A DNA stretch of 64,000 nucleotides from Camelus ferus (GCF_009834535.1 NC_045707.1:56670001-56734000), one strand, 5' to 3'; counted from the stretch's first letter, positions 1-15,579 are shown. Numbers and translations: made by a program. The notes: generated by a model from the letters alone, not told the origin.

Positions 1-163
1 TTTGGGGGAGAGGGAATTAAGTTCCTTTCTTTCTTCCTTTCTTCCTTCCTCTCTTTCTATCTGTCTATCTATCCATCTATCTTTTAATGGAGGTACTGGG
101 AGTTGAACCCAAGGCCTTATACATGCTAGGCACACACTCTACCACTGAGTTATACCCTTCCCC
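1..163 (-). mobile_element. tRNA-Ala-derived SINE (camelid Vic-1-like) with microsatellite-expanded tail, truncated by window start
   Basis: Reverse complement reads GGGGAAGGGTATAACTCAGTGGTAGAGTGTGTGCCTAGCATGTATAAGGCCTTGGGTTCAACTCCCAGTACCTCC (A box and B box), followed by GATA/GAAG repeats. Homologous to the copy at 40278-40419. Confidence 0.85.
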
Positions 164-1404
164 ACCAGTTCTAAATATATTCTTCTGCAAGGAGATCTTT
201 TTGGAAATTCTACAGACAAAACCATCTTAATCATTGATAGAAAATACAGTTAATTTTTCAACTCCCAAATTTTATCTCAGAACAAAGAATTTTTAATGCT
301 TATTTTCAGTCTATCTTTCCTCAGACTATTGTCTTCCATGAGTGTATTTGGGGAATATGTTTTATTATTTTTTTTAATTTATAAAAAGTGTCAAAGTAGC
401 AAATATAGTGCAGTTACATTGTTCATTACTGTGCAAAAACAGATCCTTAATTTAAATTTACAATCAGTACCACTGGCTTGGATTTATAATACTTCCTATA
501 GAATAAAACAGAAAGTAGAGATCATTTGCCAATTAATTGGTTGTGAAATACTCTAGTGAAAAGTACTGGTTTGTGGATGACAGAAATGCTATATGACTGT
601 AAGGAGCTGGAGGATGATGGTTTGTCATAAAAGAGTGCTACTGTGAAAAACAAGAAACTGATGACAGATATTCTGAAAATGACTGAGAAAATGACAGCCA
701 GGGCAAAGAGAACTCCTAAGAAATAACATGTCTGATATAAACTGTCAAATAGTAACTTCAATATGAAATTAGATGTATATATCTGACAAAATTGATAGAC
801 TGTTGATTATTAAATGAATTACTGAAGATTTGACTAGACTCCACTGAAAGGACAACCAGAAAAATGTAGTATTATCACTCTGTAAAATTAACTATTGGGT
901 TATTTTAGATATTGACTCTCTTCTACACACATGAAGGCTGGAAAACAATTGCTGAACCCCTATCTGGTCATTTTTAGTACATTATCTGAGGCCAATATAT
1001 AGAGTTGCTGCCTGCTGGTTTTGGAGATGATTATCAATTTGGGTCATTCATTTGTTGATTTATGAAATAATTACAGTAATAAATATAAAAGAACAGGCAT
1101 TTATTGTGCAAAACCCTGGAGATTCACAATTGACAGAATAACTTGTTTTCTTCAGATAACATGAAATACTTCTTGAATCAAATTGCATACTGTTAACATG
1201 GACTTACAAGTTGGGTTTGTTATTTAAATTCTCTCAAGTTAGACACTTTTTTCAGCTATCTTATAGAAGGAACTGCTTGATAAGGTAACTAAGCAAATAT
1301 CAAGAAATATTTCACAGTGAAAACATTACTGATAACATTTACTAAGCTTTTACTCTGGGTAAGGCTATATATTAAATCATTCCTCATAACAAACTTAGGT
1401 CTGT

Positions 1405-1757
1405 TGTATTGGTTAGACTGGGGAAAATTATTTTAACAAATGGCTCATCCCAATGGCTCAATTAAATAGTCAAGAGGGATTATTCATGGTAGGTATGCAG
1501 GGGTTCTCCATGCAATAATTCATCTGCCATTGGCAAGTGAAATGAGAAAGAAAGCATGAAGGAAAAACACTCTTCATAATATTGGCTCAGAAGAGAAAAA
1601 AATCATTTCTGTTCAGATTCCATCAGTAAGAACTAATAACATGGCCACATCTGTCTACAGTGGGAGCTGAGAAATGTAGTTTACAGAAGGGCAAAACTTG
1701 CCCAGCAAAACGTGACTAACATATAAGGAAAGAGAGTGAACAACTAACATACCTGCC
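1405..1757 (-). mobile_element. MaLR LTR (MLT1J/K-like), degraded
   Basis: Motifs 'aacatggccacatct...gggagctgagaaatgtagttt' typical of antisense MLT1 LTRs. Confidence 0.55.
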
Positions 1758-1764
1758 TAATACA

Positions 1765-1915
1765 TGATACTATGATCCACATTTTACTGATGAGGAAACT
1801 GATTTGCAGAACTGTTAAGAAACTTGCTCAAGATTACATAGCTAATAAGTGATATATTTCAGACTTTCATTTGAGAGAGAGCCTTTTTATTTCTTGTCTC
1901 TTAATTCTCAACTAC
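1765..1915 (-). mobile_element. MIR SINE fragment
   Basis: 'cattttactgatgaggaaactga...gttaagaaacttgctcaagattacatagctaataagtga' is the antisense MIR core. Confidence 0.75.
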
Positions 1916-4900
1916 TATTTTAATTAATTTATATTAAATTGCAAGTTGCTTTTAGAATATCCTTAGTGTTCTCATGGTTATATTTTCTATTTCCCTAACT
2001 AGCATTTATATAATAGCAGAGACAGCCTTTTTCCATTTTTGTAACACTCTACTATATTTTGTGCCTCTGAGATCACTTCAACTCATAATTAATGCTCAAT
2101 AAATCTTATCTAAATGTCTGATTACAGGTTAATATCTGAACTAATTTAGAAACACAAGGCATGAGGTAGGAATTGATGTAAGAAAGGAATGGAAGTGACG
2201 GCTGAGTTCAGTGTCTTGGCAAATTTTCAAAAATGAATTATAATGTAGCAAGTTAAACTACTCGTATAATCTCTGACCTAACCAATGAAACTGCAAGTGA
2301 TGTAAAATATAATTAAACTTTTTTTTTCTTTTTGTATCATTTGAAAAGGTCCTTTCTATATAAGATGTTAATAGTGTATGATAAATAGAGGGATGATTGC
2401 TGTAGAACGCTTGATTATTTTAAATGCATCAAGTTCTGATTAAATGAACAACAGCTATACATTTATGTCAGTTTTTTTCAAAAACAATAGAAATATTTTT
2501 CCAACCCAGAGGAACCAAATTTTTTATGCAGGTAGTAATTAAAAACACAGCATAGTTAAAAGTACTTTGATGGTCAGGTATAGTTGTTAACTTCCTGAAT
2601 ATTCTCTAAAAATATTTTACATAACATTTCTCTCTAATTTCTATAGAATATTTTGAATATAGAGTTAAATAAGCAAATGTGTTAAATGTGTTCTTTTGGA
2701 AGGGGAAGTTCAGATACCAGATATGATCAACACAGTTGTAGAATTCATGGGAAATATCAAGATATGTTATATGAATCATTCTAAAATTTTCCAAGTTGAT
2801 CACGTGTTGAAAAGATAGAGATAAACCTTGGAATTAAATGAATGTTGTATTTCATACAGGATATGTGGAAAAGTAATGTCTTCATAAAAGAAACTTTAAG
2901 TGGCCTTTTTTTGACAGATTGAAATGCCTGGTCACTATGTTGGTGAATATACAATTTTCTTTATAGATTGCTTGTCAAATCTTAAACATACTATTTTCCC
3001 AAATTTACATATTACCTTTGGTGGTTTTAACATTTGTAAACTGCATTAACTATTATTCAATAAATACTGTATTTGAATTAACATTTCTTTTTCAACTTAC
3101 AGAGATTTATTTTTAAAAACCTTATATTATATCTTTAAAAAGCATCAATTTCTATAAAATGTAAACATTAATAATAAGTTATTAAAATACAATTAAACAT
3201 TAATTAAAATTAAAATACATTAATTAAAGCAAATGATTAAATAAAATAAACAATTTTTTAGATATTTAATTTATTTAAAAACATCAAATTTTTCCAGATA
3301 ATTATTACTTGAAAAACATATATATCAAGTCTAGACAGATGTTAAAGACAAATAGGCAACAAAGTGAGATTTTCCTTCCAAAATAATTAGAAAGATTGAA
3401 GAGAATATTTGTCTCATTATTTGATTTAATTTTTAACATTGTGTTCACATAAATAAAATCATCTTTTATCACCAGTAGTATGATCCACAAATTGGGATGT
3501 ATCAAGAAAATGTACTGAAGATTTTATTGGTATGAAGAGCATTAGTGTTTCTTAGGAGATTTGACTGCATCTTGAGCTTTTGTGTTATTGTTATAGAAAA
3601 TGAGAAAATTGGTTTACTTATTGACAATAAAATAGGTCGTGAATTTTTGTTACAAGCCATTCTCTCTGACTGAAGTGTCTTTACTCCAATTTCTGCCTGT
3701 TAAACACTTCTCTATTTTTTAAACCCCAAACTTAAGTGCCACCTCTTCTAAGAAATCTTTCATGATCACAGTCAGCAAAACATTTCTTCTTGATTTATAA
3801 CTCTTGTCCTGGAATTTCATCTGGTTTAGTGTATGTCCCAGACTTTTTACTTTGTAATTATTACGAATAGTGCATTAAAGTTAGCGGACATGCAGTTGTT
3901 TGATTCCACTTTGCCCAGTTTCTAACATAATATTTTCCTGTAGTGTCTGAAATACACGTGCAGTGCACAGAGTTTTCACGTCAAAATGCACATAAAACGG
4001 CAAAACAACAAGTAACAATCTATCTCTTTTTCCCTAATTTTTCCAGGCACCAGCTGACAAACACCTCTCTTCACAGGCAGCATGAAGATCAGTAACTAAG
4101 AGCAAGACCTTCTGGGACCCTGCTGGGCACTGATGTGACCATCAGTTGTGCTGTGGCCCCTTCACAGTCTGTAAGATACACGAAGCTGTGTGAAAACAGT
4201 TAGCAGCATCAGCAGGAAATTACAGGCTAGGGGTGCAGAATGTGAGCAAGAAATAGAGGCCAAGCCCCCTGGTTTAGAGTGTATAGAGATTCAATGTTTG
4301 TGCTTCGATGGTTTTGCCATTTATTCTTTGATGTACATACACAGTATTAAAATATGCATTTATTTTGTTTGTTAACATTTTGAAATTTTGTTTGCTTACA
4401 TTTAACACCTGTCACAAGCCATATGATGATATCAATGGCCCATGAAAGTAAAAAGTCAGAAAATCTGCTTAAGAGGAATCAACATCTCCTTCAATGCAAG
4501 TATTCATTTTAAGAAAATGCTGCACCGCAAGATGAATTATTAACTCATGTAGCTGTAGATGTGTTTATGACTCTCTCTGAACCATGACTGTTTATTTATG
4601 GCAAATAACTATTCTTCTAAGCTAATCTCATGTTTTCCCCCAAATTTTCTTTTACATGTATAAAAAATGAAATAGTCACTGTTAATGTGTTCATTCATTA
4701 GCAGAACTATGGAAACAGGTAAAGGATAATTAATGCTTCATATCAATGATGTCTTTTTTGTTGGTGTTATCAGATGCCTCAGATAGAAAATCAGTTGAGT
4801 TAATCTAGTTTTCATTTCATGAAATCAAAGTAAAGCATTGGGAAGTTAATTTTGTACAGGATTAAATATCTGACACTGTTACAAGCAATACTATAAATTC

Positions 4901-6149
4901 AGTTTAAAACTTCAACATTGAACATAAAATTAGTGAGTCTGTGGTGAAACTTCAAACGTAAGTTTTGTTGGAGCACAATGTCATGGAAAACCTGTTTTTT
5001 TAATCAAATTAAGAATCTCTGGAGGAGTAATGTGATTTGATTCTGATTGCAGTGCACACACACATTTATAATTGCATAGAAACAAGCTATGATATTCTAC
5101 CAATCAAAATAATATTGTCAATATTTGCAAGTATTTTTATTATGTACTGTTACCTAGTTAAACTTTTATAGTGAAGCTGATATTAAATACTAACACTTCA
5201 GCATAGAATTAGGAGCTTGCTTTCCTTGCTCCCCACCCATCACTAACTGGATTTGAAAAATGTTGAGCCTTTGATGAAACTACCCTGTAAATTAAGAGCT
5301 GTAGAAGAATACCGAGCTTATTTTATGAATGTGTTCTAAATTGGTTGCACTTAGCCCCAAATCATTTGGAAGCCTGTAATCAATAAATGATGCAGTAACA
5401 ATCTACAGCTTTTGGAGCTTTTAGTAAGTTACAATTACTGAAAATGACACTTGCAAACAGGAATTCATTTGTTTCCCACCAAAGCAAGGGAGGAAGTGAA
5501 CAAATTAGATGATGGGAAAATAAATGGTATATGAGATATTGTTTTTAAAGAGGGTAATTATTATTATATACTAATTTGTCTTAAGACTCTGAGGGAATTT
5601 GTATACTTAATTGAATAAATTTATATTCTATGTCAAAATTGAATTAACTTGAGAAGCCCAATGATTTTGCAACGTCTAAATTTTGTGAAATTTAAAAAAG
5701 CAAATATAGAGTTAATTTAGTTTAGTTTGCTGTGAAATGTAAGAAAAAATGTTCTGAGTGAAGGCAAAAAGACAAGTACACCTGAAAATATGTGGGTTGA
5801 GATAATGATTTATTTCAATATAAAAAAATAGAAGTGAGAGTATCCTCCATTTACCAGAATCTTCTGAGTTTCCTCTACCTAAGTGACTGCAGGGAGATTA
5901 TTTTCTGAAAGAAGATTATGGTCTCTAGAAGAGTTTCAATTGAATATGTCAACCATTTCAAATGTACTAACCATAAATGCAATTTTGAAGATAATTTCAG
6001 ACAACTTTATAAAAACATAATGGGACCATTTATTCTTCAGAAAAACAGCAGACATGATATTAGAACAGGATACATTTATGAAACTCATTAAAGTTTATGC
6101 ATACTTATCAAGAATAATGTTGCTTAGGGAGTTCATTAGTGATTTTTTA

Positions 6150-6620
6150 AAACTATTAATTGAAGTACATGTGTACAAGTTCACAGAAAATACGTGTACA
6201 GCTCTGTCGAGTTTCACTAATTGAACTCAAAGATGTAACCAGGAAACAGATCGAGAAACAGAACATTACCAAAAACACATAAACCGTTCTTACACCTAAC
6301 TTCTACTTTCTATTAAGCTATAGATATGATTTGCCAGTTTTCAAACTTTATGTAAATGTACTCACATGTTATGTAGTCTTCTTTATTTGGCTTTTTATCT
6401 CAATATTATGTTTTCAGAGTCACTCACAATTATAGTTGTGGTTAATTCATTCACATTGCTCTGTAGATTTCCAGTATGTGAATATACCAAAATTCATTTA
6501 TACATCCTAATTTTGATGGACATCTTTTGGTAATTTCCAATTTGGGCTATTGGAAATAGTATTTTATGAATATTTTAGAAAACATATACTCAAAATTTTT
6601 GTTGAGGATATAGGAAGTCA
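6150..6620 (-). mobile_element. Old L1 (L1M-type) 3' fragment
   Basis: Antisense L1 3'-end motifs such as 'tttgatggacatctttt ggtaatttccaatttgggctatt'. Confidence 0.7.
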
Positions 6621-7164
6621 CATGATTGTAGCTATGCTTATAACTATTTTATAAATGTACTACAATTAATAAAACAATTTTACAAGTCAATATATAAATA
6701 TTTTAAATTATGTGATTTGATTTTAGGTCCCCTTGTCCTCTCAAAATTGTCCCAGTTTGAAGAATAAAATAAATAATCACACTAATAATAATATGTTCTA
6801 CTTTATCAGTCTACAAAGAAACTATTTTGTTGAGTGTGTTTTTTGTTCCCCAAATAAAAGGACATAACTATTTACTATGTAAAATGTATATGCAATTTGC
6901 TTTTAATGTAATTCAAGTTAAATATAGTTCAAGATGGAGCACTAACAGAAGATATGACATTCCTTGCTATTACTAAATTTTTTTCATATAGTAACCAAAT
7001 CCAATTTCAAGTAAGTCAAAGCACACAAATATTGGTAAAACTTTAACTGAATTGATATCCTTTAGAAGGGCATGCAGCCTTTAATCCTGATTTAGACTGT
7101 TTTTATGTATGTAACTCTAAAATGGTTTTCTTTTGTTTAAATGTCTACAAGCCATAAAGCCCTA

Positions 7165-7400
7165 ATGAGTTTATTCATTTATTTAACAAATGTTAATTGG
7201 GAACTAACTAATGTCAACCACTGCCTGGGTATTGGAAGTACAGTAATGAAGCAGACAACAGTTCTAGTGGGAACAGGCAGATGGGAGGATACATATGTTA
7301 TGAAGAAGTTAACTGGTGTGAGAAAGGATTGACTGTGTAGTTACTGTATGGTGAGAGTCTCACAAAAGAAATAATGTTTAGGATGAGACTTTCCAAAATG
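7165..7400 (-). mobile_element. L2 3' end fragment
   Basis: 'ttcatttatttaacaaatgtt...ctgggtattggaagtacagtaatga' resembles the antisense L2 terminus. Confidence 0.55.
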
Positions 7401-10399
7401 TCCCAGTTGAAACAAAAGATGTTTCCAATATCTCAAGTTCTTTCAATGAGAAGAGAAAACATGTCACAAGATCTTTCTATTCAGATACTAAATCAATCAT
7501 CAGTAGGAGAAACAAAGTTTAGTTTTAGTTATGAAAGTTAGAATACAATAAGAAAATTACCTATCAATGTACTTTACCGGCCCTTTCAAAATTTCATGAA
7601 GTATTTCTCTCTTTTCACTAGGAATTTGATTAAATAATTTTGACAATTGCAGCATACTTTATTTTACTTCTATTGAATTTCAATGCACATTAGACTATTA
7701 AAGTACCTAAGAAGTCCTACAGTAGAGAAACTTAGAGAAACTTATTTAATTGTATTTAACCAGAATTTTCCAAGATATTTAACTTTTTTTTTTCATAAAA
7801 CACCTATTAAAACCTATAGAAAACTTCTGGTGTATTAAATACATTTTGAGATGTTGGAAAATATGTCTGTATCATCAAACATTAAAAAGAAATCTGAAAA
7901 TTTTAGTCACAGGAGAATAGCAAAAGGTGTATTTTAGACAATATTTGGGAAGGATAAAAAAATGGATTGCTTAATTTAATCTTGAATGAATTCTGAAGGA
8001 CTTAAGTCATCTATATTTGCTAATAGGTGACATGAATAAATGTCATTGAGATGTCATTTGGTTCTATGTTTAGCTCTTATGTCTTGAATACTTCTGTGAA
8101 CACTAGCAAGGAAAGGTGGCCTGAGAAACAATTCTTTACATATATACATAATAAATATATGTTAAATAAATATATATATACACATATATTCATATAGATT
8201 TTTCTTAGATTTTCATTCAAATAAATTATTAGTTGAAAATGGAATACATATGATAGATCATGGAGTTAATTCATTTAAATATGTATTTTTCTCAAATTGA
8301 TTTAAATAATTTCCTTATTTGTTTAGCATCCATTTATGAAGGGCTTTCCATAGCCCTAAGACCTTCACTATGCTAAATACATTTTAATTCCAGAAGCCCA
8401 GCAGGATTAGGCATGGTTAAAGCTTGCATGAAAAGAAGAGTTGGTCGGGGTCTCACCCCATTTCAAAGCACTTTATTTAGTATTGCTCTGAATATGGAAG
8501 GCATCTGGTCTTTTATTCTAATTGGTTTGCTTCACTCAAGTATTAGCGCAATCTGTATGTCTGAAAACAACAACAATAACAACAACAAAAACTATACAGC
8601 CTGTAGAATATGGGCTTTGTTAGGCCTGGACCAAATGATGCAGGCCATGTAAAGGATTTTGAAGTCCATCCTAAGATCAAAACAAAAACACTGAAGATCT
8701 TTCAAATGACATGATCAAATTTGCATTTAAAAATGATTTGGGGTGAATAGATTGGACTGAGAGAAAAACAGTAAGCTGAAGTTCAGAACAGATGTTCAGT
8801 CAACTATTTTCTCCTCATTTTGATTATAGATCTCCTTCCTTGCTGTTTCTCCCACTGTAAGCAGATTTCTGAATCAACTCCACTTGTAAAATCTGCACTT
8901 ATCAATACCAGGTATTGAACATCAAAGGAGAAAGAATCAAGAAGCAGACTCTCAATAGAGGGGAGGAGGAATTATAAGCTGGGGCCATAGCCAATGGGTG
9001 CAGGAAATATGAATGCAATAGTAGTAGATAGTGAATGCTTCAAAGCCAAGAGTCTTAAGATCACTGCTCATATCAATTTCACTTAATTTCTATTTCTTGA
9101 CAAGCTCTTTGGCTTAGAAATATACAAAAATGATAAATGTTAGGGATTAATACTATATTTATATCATTATTTTAAACTTTTCACTGAAAGAGAAAACAGT
9201 TTGAAGAGGTAAGGTGACAAATAGGACAAGTAGTAAGAAAAATTATTTTAAGATGATAATACTTAATCCTGAATGATATTCTGGATGTGTAGATTTTTGC
9301 TTTGGCTCACAAACCTGAAGATAAATCATATTCCAGTTGATTAATTATTTTTGCTAAACTCAAAGAGGTTATATTTGGTATTCAAATGGAATTTATCACT
9401 TTTCAAGTAACTTATAACTTACAAACTTACTGTTTACTTTTCAACTCATCTCATGCACGTTATGACCAGAAAAGTAATATTTTAAAAGTATAATTATCCT
9501 TTAAATTGTATTTAGTGATAATTATTTTCTTAAAATTCTTTTATTATGAAAAACCTTTTACTTTGATTATATCAAAGAAAACGAGATCTATTAAGCCATA
9601 CATTTTATATGAGATAGAACATATAGATTTTGCATGGACCTAAGAAATTCAACATACTTTACTTGATAACTGATACTCATGGTGCTAAACGTTTTTCTCA
9701 CAAAACACAGAAAAATAAGTACAAGCTTAATCAGGTAAATAAATAATCTTTTAACATCAAATACTGTGTGAAATATGTTAAATTCACTCATTTGTGTCAT
9801 TTAATTAGGAGTCTATTAATACTACAAAATTAAGTATGCAATAAAATAAACTAATATAAACATTTTTCAAGAGATGTCAATAATATGGGAGTAGATAGGA
9901 GAATGGGAGGCGTCCTGAAAACTACAGGTTACTGAAGACACAAGCTCTGCACCACACTCCTATTGGAAAACCACAGCCAGGTGAATTATAAGCCTCATTT
10001 CTGAAGGGAAAAAGGAAGCAGCAACTTAAGAGTACTAGTGTTAATGGTATAAAATTATTAATCATTATGAAGAAACACATTTTCCTTAAAAATCCTTTCA
10101 TCTTCAAAAGTGATTCATCATGTCATGATACTAATTTTAAAAGATTCACGATCTTGTCAGCAAAGCCTTACAAAGCATGAAGAAAGTAGAAAGGAGTCAT
10201 GATGTAAAAAATTTAACCAGAATGTTTTTCAGACTTGCTTATTCTCGGTCTTGTGCATGAAGCATGAGATAGGATCTCTGGGTACCTCTTCAGCAGAACT
10301 TATCACAGTTAAAAGTAATGACTTTCTCCTCTACATTTTCAAAGCATTTGATTATATCTCTTCTTGTGTGAGTGTACGTGTATGTGTGTGTGTGTATAT

Positions 10400-11830
10400 T
10401 TTAAAATTGAAGCCTACATCTATACAGTTAATTGCACTAATTTTAAGCATATGTCTGAAGGAATTTTAGCATATGATTTTTCAGTATGAATACACTCATC
10501 TAACCACTACCCAGATAAAAATATTGAACTCCAGAAGATTCCTTCATTCTGTGCTCCATCCCAGGGTTCTTCCTCTAGAAATAACCAATATTCTGATATC
10601 TATCACCATAGATTTGTTTCATCTATTCTTGAAGCTAATATAAATTGAGTTGTACAGTATGCATGAGTTCTTTCAGTCAGCATTTTGTGAGATCAACCTA
10701 TATGTGGTTATTAGTAATTTGTTCTTTTTTATTGCTGTGTAATATTCCTCTATGTATGCATAATACATAATCTATATATCCATTCTCCTGTTTATGGCTA
10801 TTTAAGTTTTTTCAAGAGCTTGGGTATTGTGAATAAAGCTTCTAAGAACAAATCATCTGTAACACACATCCACTCTTACGAATATCAAATAGTAGGAATA
10901 ATGGGTCAAAGGTAAATGTAGGTTTAATTTTCCTAAATTCTACCTAAAAGTTTGCCAAAGTGGTTGTACCAGTTTACACTACCACCAGCAAGGTATAAAG
11001 GTTTTCCTGACTTTCCCTCTGTTCTAACACTTGGAACATTCTCTCCTTTCAATTTTAATCACTGTGGTGGGTGTTCTGTGGTTTTAATTTGAATTTCTTT
11101 GATTAATGATGTGAAACTGTTCATATGCTTATTGACAATTTGAATATCCTCTTTTGTGAAGTGCTTGGTCAGGTTTTGGCTATTTATTTATTTTTTGAAA
11201 TAGAGATTTAAAAAAAACTTTTCTGCTTAGTAGAGTTTTTTATATTCTCAATATGAGTCCTTTGTCCATCACATTTATTATGAATATTTTCTTCCGGTAT
11301 GTCTTACTTATTAATGCTCCTAATAATAATTTTTGATGAACAGATGATAATTTTAATTTAATGCTGTACAGTTAATGTAATTTTTTTGTGTGTCTTACCT
11401 AAGGAAACTTTGCCTACTCTTGTGAAAATATACTCCTGTATTTCCTTCTAGAGGTATTATTATTTTACCTTTCTCTTTTGGATCAATAGTCAAAATGAAT
11501 TTCTTCTTTATTATGGTAAATATAGTAGTAGAGATTTATTTCTTTCTTATTTATATTTAATTTTCTGGTACCATTTATTGAAAATGCCACCCATTTTCCA
11601 CTGACTGGCACTGGCATGTTTATTTATAAATAAAATGACTTAGTATACGTAAATCTGCTTCTTGATTCTGTATTCTAGTCACTTAACTTTACTTGAATAT
11701 CCTTATGCCAATATCATACTGTCTTTATTATAGTATTATAGTAATCCTTGTAATCATATAATGTTCAAGTGTTATAAAATTTCTTCCTAAAAATTATCTT
11801 TGCTATTGAAGGTCCTTTGCATTTTAGTAA
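10400..11830 (-). mobile_element. Old L1 (L1MC/ME-like) ORF2 3' region and 3' UTR
   Basis: Long antisense L1 match, e.g. 'gccaaagtggttgtaccagtttacactaccaccagcaa', 'catatgcttattgacaatttgaatatcctcttttgtgaagtg', 'ccttatgccaatatcatactgtct'. Confidence 0.85.
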
Positions 11831-13904
11831 ATATTGTTTGAGAGCTCTTGTTGGGTTAGATAAAGATCAGTTCATTTTTCAGTCTGTAAATCTTTATTAC
11901 AGTAAGCAAGGCTTTATTACTTTATTATAATATTTCTTTATTACTCTTTCATTAGCAAAAATTCTTCCATAGTAAAACTGGAAAACGTTCCAGTGAGATG
12001 CAATTTTTTTATGGGCCATTATAGATTCTGTAGTGTGCTGTTGGAAATGCTCAGAATATCTAGACTCATCAAATGATAGGTAAGAATAGGAAATTCAAAA
12101 TGTATCTGAACTCATATTGAAACAAATGTCATTAAGTTAAAATAAAATGCCAAAGAATTATCAAGGAAATGTATAGTTCAGCAGTTGAAAAGTTTAGAAA
12201 AATACTATGATAGGGTTGTGGGTTTTTTTCCCTTAATGCAATTTGAAGAGATCCTTTATATAGCTTTTACGATTAAAAACATTTTTTAAATTTCAAAACT
12301 CTTCCATGACTCCCTAGCAAAAGCAGGAAGAAGATAAGTTGTTAGCTAGAGAAGGATGTTTGTTCAAGAAGGTTTTGTGCTTGCTGCTTGTTGGATTATA
12401 GGCTTGATCATGTTTAAATGCAAACACTGGAAAAAGAGAAAACTTGAATATAAAGGAAAGAGAAATAATAACCAATGGTGTGACTTGAACCAGCTACTGA
12501 ACAATTTTTATTAACTTATACTACCTATGAGATTCTTATTTATATGAAATGTCCATGTCATAACTTGATCGTCCATAAACCAGAAAGATAAACTATTTAT
12601 AATTCAATAAAGGGAATGTTGCTAAAACTAACAAGTAAAAGCAATCATCTGACAAATTCTATTAAATTATTCTGTTTGGATTTTAATGAAAATTACTAAG
12701 TACCATAAAGGAACAAAAATCAAAGCTCCAATCCATGTGCTTCAAAAGCTTTCTTTCAAATAAAGGAGATAAAGAAAAAACATTCTTCCTCATTTCCTCA
12801 GGGCAGAGTTTATACCTGTGTTCCTGATTTAATTAATAAGATGCCCCTTTCATTCTCAAAGGTGGTCTTGTTAGGTCAATAAATCATATAGTCACCCTAG
12901 AGATGATTCATATAAGCCAATAACTAAAATATTAAGTGGTAAGTAATTAGTATTTGAAATAAGGTAAGTACAACAAAGAAAGCACCATTGGAATTCATAA
13001 TTGGGTGAGTTCAGTTCTCCTAGTGATCAGGGAAGGCTTCAAAGCAGAGGTGGCAGTTATGTCACATCTTAAAGAAAGAGGAAGTTTTCAATGGAAATAA
13101 GATGGAGGGCAGGCAGTTTATTCAAAACACGTGTATATTTAATGTAAAAATCACTCACATTAAAGTTTGAATGTAGGTTACAATGTAGACTTCTTTTTCT
13201 ATAACAAACCTGGTTTTATTACTTACTCTGCACCCATTGCTCAGTGGGAGAGATTTTTACATTTTAGTTTTATCCAGTTGTAATTCTCACCCATTAAGAT
13301 ATTTTAATCAAGAGACATACACACTAAAACAAAATGCTCAGTCTCCCATACTTTTTAATCTTCCATTCAGAAGAGTATTTACTATGAAGTATTTGCAGTA
13401 TTTTAACATGGTTGATCTTTTATAAGAATTTTAAGAGTAATACTCTATTTAATTCTAATTAGCCAAGACTGCTGCATTTTTTACTCCAACAATACTTCCA
13501 TTGCACTTTTCCTCATCTTGAGTGAAAGGAGAGTGGTTGCTGGTATTTTGGGGTTCCAAGGAAAGAAGGAGAATTTGAGGTAGGATTATGTTTAGTTTGG
13601 GTTAAGTGTGATATATTTTTGAAGGTCACCCTTACTGCCATGTAGACTTCTGTTCATGCTAGCCATCTCAGTGTAGCAACGGCTTCCCAAAACTACTACT
13701 AGTGTCTACTGTGATAACTCACTGCTTCTTGATATGAGGATGCAGGATAAGAGGACTTAATATTATATGAATATGTTTTATGGCATCAAAGGCCACCAGT
13801 TTGGGAGTAGTGGTGAAGAAAAAGAAGTCTAAAATGTATGGAGCCAGAGCTAAGCTGTTAAAAAAAATTCTTCCAATTATCAAATTGTAAAATTGTCTAG
13901 GAAG

Positions 13905-14062
13905 TCGCTCTGTTTCTGTCTCTGTCTACTTCTCTGTTTCTACTTCTGTCTCTCTCCCTGTCTTTCTGTCTCTCTGTCTTTCACTCTGCCTCTGTGCCTC
14001 TCTGTCTCTGTCTCCCTCTTGCTCTGTGTCAGCCCTTATTTGTCTCTGTCTCTCTCTCTCTC
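13905..14062. repeat. Degenerate (CT)n/(CTCTGT)n pyrimidine-rich microsatellite
   Basis: Directly visible ~155 bp C/T-rich tandem run. Confidence 0.9.
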
Positions 14063-15579
14063 AATTATGTATGATGGACATTGCTTGACACAGAATTGAC
14101 AAGAATTTTTGTTTTGTAGAGCACAAACTTGTGGCAATACTACTGAGAGTTAGGACTGAAATCAAGGACCAGTAACACCCATAATCTCTTTCCTTTCAGT
14201 ATGGAAAGCCTGATGATGCTCCCTGACAGATTTAGTCTCATCTCAGTACTTTCTGTGACTCCCCACTTGGGTAGTTCACCTGCCTAAGTGATTTCAAAAC
14301 TACTCTCGGAATCTCAGCAGCCAGAACCCTCACTACCCTCTGGGTCCCACCTCAATTCATGCAAGAACCTTGGGGAGTCAGACCCTACCATTATTGCCTA
14401 ACTATGTCATATGACCACTTATTCTGATATGGGAACACCAAGATTGATGCAGGAGAAGGTAACACCTGGGAGGTAACTTTACTCCATAATGGAAAAGGAA
14501 ATGGACCAGGACATCCTCTCTCTCTCATTTAGCTGATTCTTCCTTCCATGTCAAAGACTAGAAAGGAAAAATCAGAAGAGGAGTTTCACCAGTTTCCTTT
14601 TCTTCTCTCTCCCCTGGTTCCACAATCCCATGGAACAGAGAAGGACTTGCTTAGTCCCATCCCCTATGTCCTAACTTTTTTCTACTAAGAACAGAAAGCT
14701 TTAAAGCCTAGCTGTCATAGGAGGAAGAGGCATTTTCAGTTTGCTGTGGCTATGTCCTTTACCACTACTCTTCAAAATGTTAAATGGGAGCAGTCTGGTC
14801 ATTTTTTTCTCTCCATAGAGCCGGTTCTTTCATGTCCAATGTCTTACTAAAGAAAGCAAAGTCCTACCCTCTCCTTCCCAGGAGCTATAAACTTCCTGGC
14901 TTGGTTCTGGAGGTGGGAGGTGGAAAACTCAAACGTGATTTAAAGGGGATATTAAAATGCATTTGGGTCATCATCTGCAAAATATTAATCATGATACACA
15001 AGCTTGTATCCTATAGCAGTTTTTCTTTTTCCCTTATCTTGTTCATAACCCTTCTTTTCAGAATGGAATACAGAAAAATGATGAAAACAAATCCTGAAGC
15101 ACCTGAAAAGTATAGAAAATTGATATTTTTAACTTTAAAAAAAAGGAGAGTTTTGCCTCACCTATTGTTAGTACCCTTGAAACTATCCATTTTATTTTCC
15201 TGGGATGAAAGACTCTCATGACCAAAGTTCAAGAAGCAATAACTATATAAAAGTATTGAAACTCTGATGAATATGAATAAAAACAATGAGATCACATTTT
15301 TATCAGCACTCTGTCATCACTTACAGCAAAACTCTCAAATTACACTTCTGATGTATTTTATTTTAAATACATATTTAACAAAAATTAGTTAAATTATGTA
15401 ATTATACTACCAAATGGTAACAGAGAGTCCACATTTCTCTTACAGAATATACTGATGCCTAAAATAACATGCCTAAAAATAACATAATAAGAATTTCCTT
15501 CAGCTTATCGTATTTTCTGTGATAGGAAGAAAGGGAGGATTTCTGTGTTTTAAAATTATTTTTTCAATCACTGCAACTA

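Noticed and set aside
540..960. Purine-rich stretch that looks like a decayed coding or DNA-transposon sequence
   Set aside because: Multiple stops, no protein or repeat family I can name, and no terminal repeats identified.
3160..3280. Very AT-rich tracts (also 8140-8190 and 63275-63365)
   Set aside because: Low-complexity sequence without specific structure.
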